NCBI RefSeq assembly: GCF_006345805.1
Contig: NC_043014.1
Span: 39,184,001 to 39,248,000 of the forward strand
Direction: 5' to 3'
DNA: 64,000 nucleotides
Source: Octopus sinensis
Taxonomy: Eukaryota
The notes under the pieces: model-generated
Databases searched by the model: none
What the model saw: the letters and a program-made list of their open reading frames with translations, nothing else
What the model was told of the DNA's origin: nothing
Shown here: piece by piece, positions 60,975-64,000 of the stretch
Numbering within the stretch: position 1 is the stretch's first letter
How the letters are laid out: each line of letters opens with the position of its first letter
Position numbers and translations under genes: made by a program

Positions 60975-62032
60975 CAGAAGAAGAATTGTACTTTTTCTAA
61001 TTGTGTTGCCTGCTGATTTCATTACAATTTTATTTTTACTTTACTTTGTACTAAAGTTTAACTAAACTAACCGATAATTTACTTGATGTGGGCTTATTTT
61101 TCTGTTTTTTTTTATTATTATTATTTATTTTATTTTCATTTTGTTTTTTAGTTATTATTTGTCATTGAATTCATTGCACAAGAGAAGTAAAGAGGTAAAA
61201 GAAAAAGGGTTAACAAACAAACAAACAAGCAAATAAATCTGTTCCTTCCTTTCTTTCTAATTACTTGGTTAATTGCATTTGTATTTTTATCAGTTGACAC
61301 CAGACACTTAACTTCTTCGGCAAAAAGGAAGAAAAATTAACAGCAACTTTTTATTTTTGCATCTTGAGATTGAAATTTTATCCTCCCCCTCTTGCCACAC
61401 ACACACACACACACACACTTCTTACTGTTCTTAAATCCAAACAACATTAGTACCATTTATGTGTTTCTGTAGGCACATGCACACACGTACATACACACAC
61501 TACACTCCCAAATACACGTTTCCAATTTTTAAGAATGACCGTTTTACAATGCAGAATTATTTTTCCTTCTTCTTTCTTGGAGATTGTAGCAAGGCATCTT
61601 TTTCGGACTCAGGATCTGTTCTTTAAATATTTTAAATGTTTTTCTCTTAGAAACCACCACCCCACCCTCCCACCAGTGTTCAACAATATCCTTCTATTGC
61701 TGGAATTTCTCTTTTTTTTTTTTTTCTTCATCTTCTCACGGAGGATGAGAGGGAGGTGTGGGTATTGGAGACTGTTCTCTCTGCCACCACTACCATCACT
61801 TAACTTTATAAATAATAGCAGTAGACCATCAGCGTGTGTGTGTGTATATAGGTATGTATGTATATGGTGGTTAAATTAAACATACATACACATGCAAGGA
61901 ATGTAATTTATATTTGTCTAATAACTACCCTGTCTTTTACATCTCTGTTCTTTTATTTATCAACTTATTATGTTAAAAAGATATGATTTTATTCAGCAAT
62001 GTTTAGTAATTTACTATGTAAGACTGGCATTC

Positions 62033-62069
<37 letters not shown>

Positions 62070-63020
62070 CCATTTAGGCAAGAAGGTATTGTATTTAATC
62101 GTTTGTGTATTTGTCATAATTCTCATCTACAAGGGGATATTTTCAAATGTTTCCAAACAAAACCAGTTATTCATTTTTCTAATACCAAGCATCTACTCAG
62201 ACCTTCCCTTGAATAGCAAACTTTTCCAATTGAACTAGTCTTTCTCCAGTGCCATTATCTCCTGCGCCATTGTTCACTTGGCAGTCTTTAGTCAACCCAG
62301 CAGTATTTTGAAACATTTTCATTTTATTTAGATTAGATTAGATTAGATTTTCATATACAATCACCTATTTATGAATATGCCTGTAACCAGCTATCTGGTC
62401 TTATTTTGTTTTTTTTTATTTCCTGGCTTTGAGAAGGAAGGACAGGACTTCCCAGAATGTTGTGAGTGAAAAGATAGCTTGCGATGATGACGATAACTCA
62501 TCAGGTATATCCTATGGATTTCCCTTGATCCAATATCACTCACACTCTCGGTCAAGGTGAGATAGTGATACTTTGCAGTGGGATTGAACTTGATATCTCA
62601 TATTTACAATGTAAGCTTTTTAAACACATAGCTATTTCTGCATCCACAAATATTTGTAGGTTTCTTAAAACAACTTTTTTATTTTTGGTACCCGCAAGTC
62701 CCTAATTTGCTCTTAATGTTAAGGACATGAATTTTTAGTTTTTGTAGTATGTATTCTATTAAACTGGTACAAGGAACAGTAATCATGAGGTTAAGCTGCT
62801 GAAGTCTAAGAGTATATGAGTTCAAACCTATTTCATCCATTGTGTTATGTCACTTATTAAGGGGTACAAATATTTCACCTGACTGAAAAATATGTTCCTT
62901 TCCTGCTTCACATGTAATTAGACAATGGTAGGTTGGGCTTCACTTTAAAATCAATTGCTTCAACAAAGCAAAAAAAAAAAAACTCTGCCCACCCATACTA
63001 GCATAGAAAATAAATTATGA

Positions 63021-63024
<4 letters not shown>

Positions 63025-63075
<51 letters not shown>

Positions 63076-63142
63076 ATATATATGTATATGTATGTATATA
63101 TATATATATATGTATGTATGTGTATATGTATGTATGTATGTG

Positions 63143-63173
<31 letters not shown>

Positions 63174-63176
63174 GTG

Positions 63177-63207
<31 letters not shown>

Positions 63208-63540
63208 GTATGTATATATATATGTATGTGTATATATATATATATGTATGTATGTATGTGTATATATGTATGTATGTGTATATATATATGTATGTGTATA
63301 TATATATATATATGTATGTATGTATGTGTATATATATATGTATGTGTATATATATATGTATGTGTATATATATGTATGTATGTGTATATATATATGTATG
63401 TATGTATGTGTATATATATGTATGTATATGTATGTGTATATATATGTATGTATATGTATATATATATGTATGTATGTATATGTGTATATGTATGTATGTA
63501 TATATATATATGTATGTATATATATATGTGTGTGTGTGCT
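63025..63540. repeat. (CT)n followed by a long (TA)n/(TATG)n microsatellite
   Basis: Visible directly in the sequence. It explains the overlapping low-complexity ORFs. Confidence 0.97.
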
Positions 63541-64000
63541 GCAAAAATAAATCTGCCCTGTCTTGTGTCTGTTCACATTTTCACATACTCTTGCATGTAA
63601 CATATCTCTCCCCTGTTCCTCTCTGTACTGACTAGCTTTGAGTCTTCAATACCTAAAGTGTTATCTTTGTTATGCCTTTCACATGGTTTGTAATGACTAC
63701 TTAATCTCAAGAAACCCCTCTGGGGTCAATTAATCTTACTGATCTATTCAAAAATTTAGTTAAAGAGCTTAACGAACCTTTTACTCAATGAAACCCATAT
63801 ACAGTCTCCTGCAGTTATTTTTAATCCTTAAATATCACTGCTTCAAGTGATCCATTATGTTGGGTCTCTACTAAACATTGTAGAACCTCTATTTAATGTT
63901 ATTTACTTCTGTTTTTATTTTTATTATTATTAATTTCAGTGCCTACACATTCAAGTACAGAGTAGGTGGTGGGATATTAATTTTCATTCTAAAAGATTTA

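Noticed and set aside
59123-62700. Definite polyadenylation site of the ZNF gene
   Set aside because: Several AATAAA hexamers occur in A/T-rich sequence and none can be singled out without transcript data.

Overview
This is AT-rich, microsatellite- and retroposon-dense eukaryotic DNA. The repeat families and the zinc-finger gene suggest an octopus (cephalopod) genome; this is inference, and no database search was run. One convincing protein-coding gene is present: a single-coding-exon C2H2 zinc-finger gene (56900-59122, +) with 12 fingers in two blocks of six and a His/Gln-rich tail. Its first exon may lie about 44 kb upstream in a CpG-richer zone near 12.7 kb, where there is a YY1 motif, a short uORF and a splice donor. 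The rest is mobile-element debris: four tRNA-derived SINE families (several copies with exact target-site duplications), RTE and CR1-type LINE remnants, a Tigger/pogo transposase relic with nested insertions, two non-autonomous Helitrons, hAT, Tc1/mariner and piggyBac-type MITEs, and Penelope-like termini. The most notable observation is a 478-bp element at 39183-39660. It has an 11-bp TSD, consists of about 1.35 copies of a highly self-complementary 353-bp monomer, and carries a type I hammerhead ribozyme fold with a canonical core on the minus strand. This is the architecture of a retrozyme, a circular-RNA-derived retroelement. Three further minimal hammerhead-like motifs with variant cores sit in Penelope-like termini. 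Coordinates of diverged repeats are approximate, and all structures were read by eye rather than computed.
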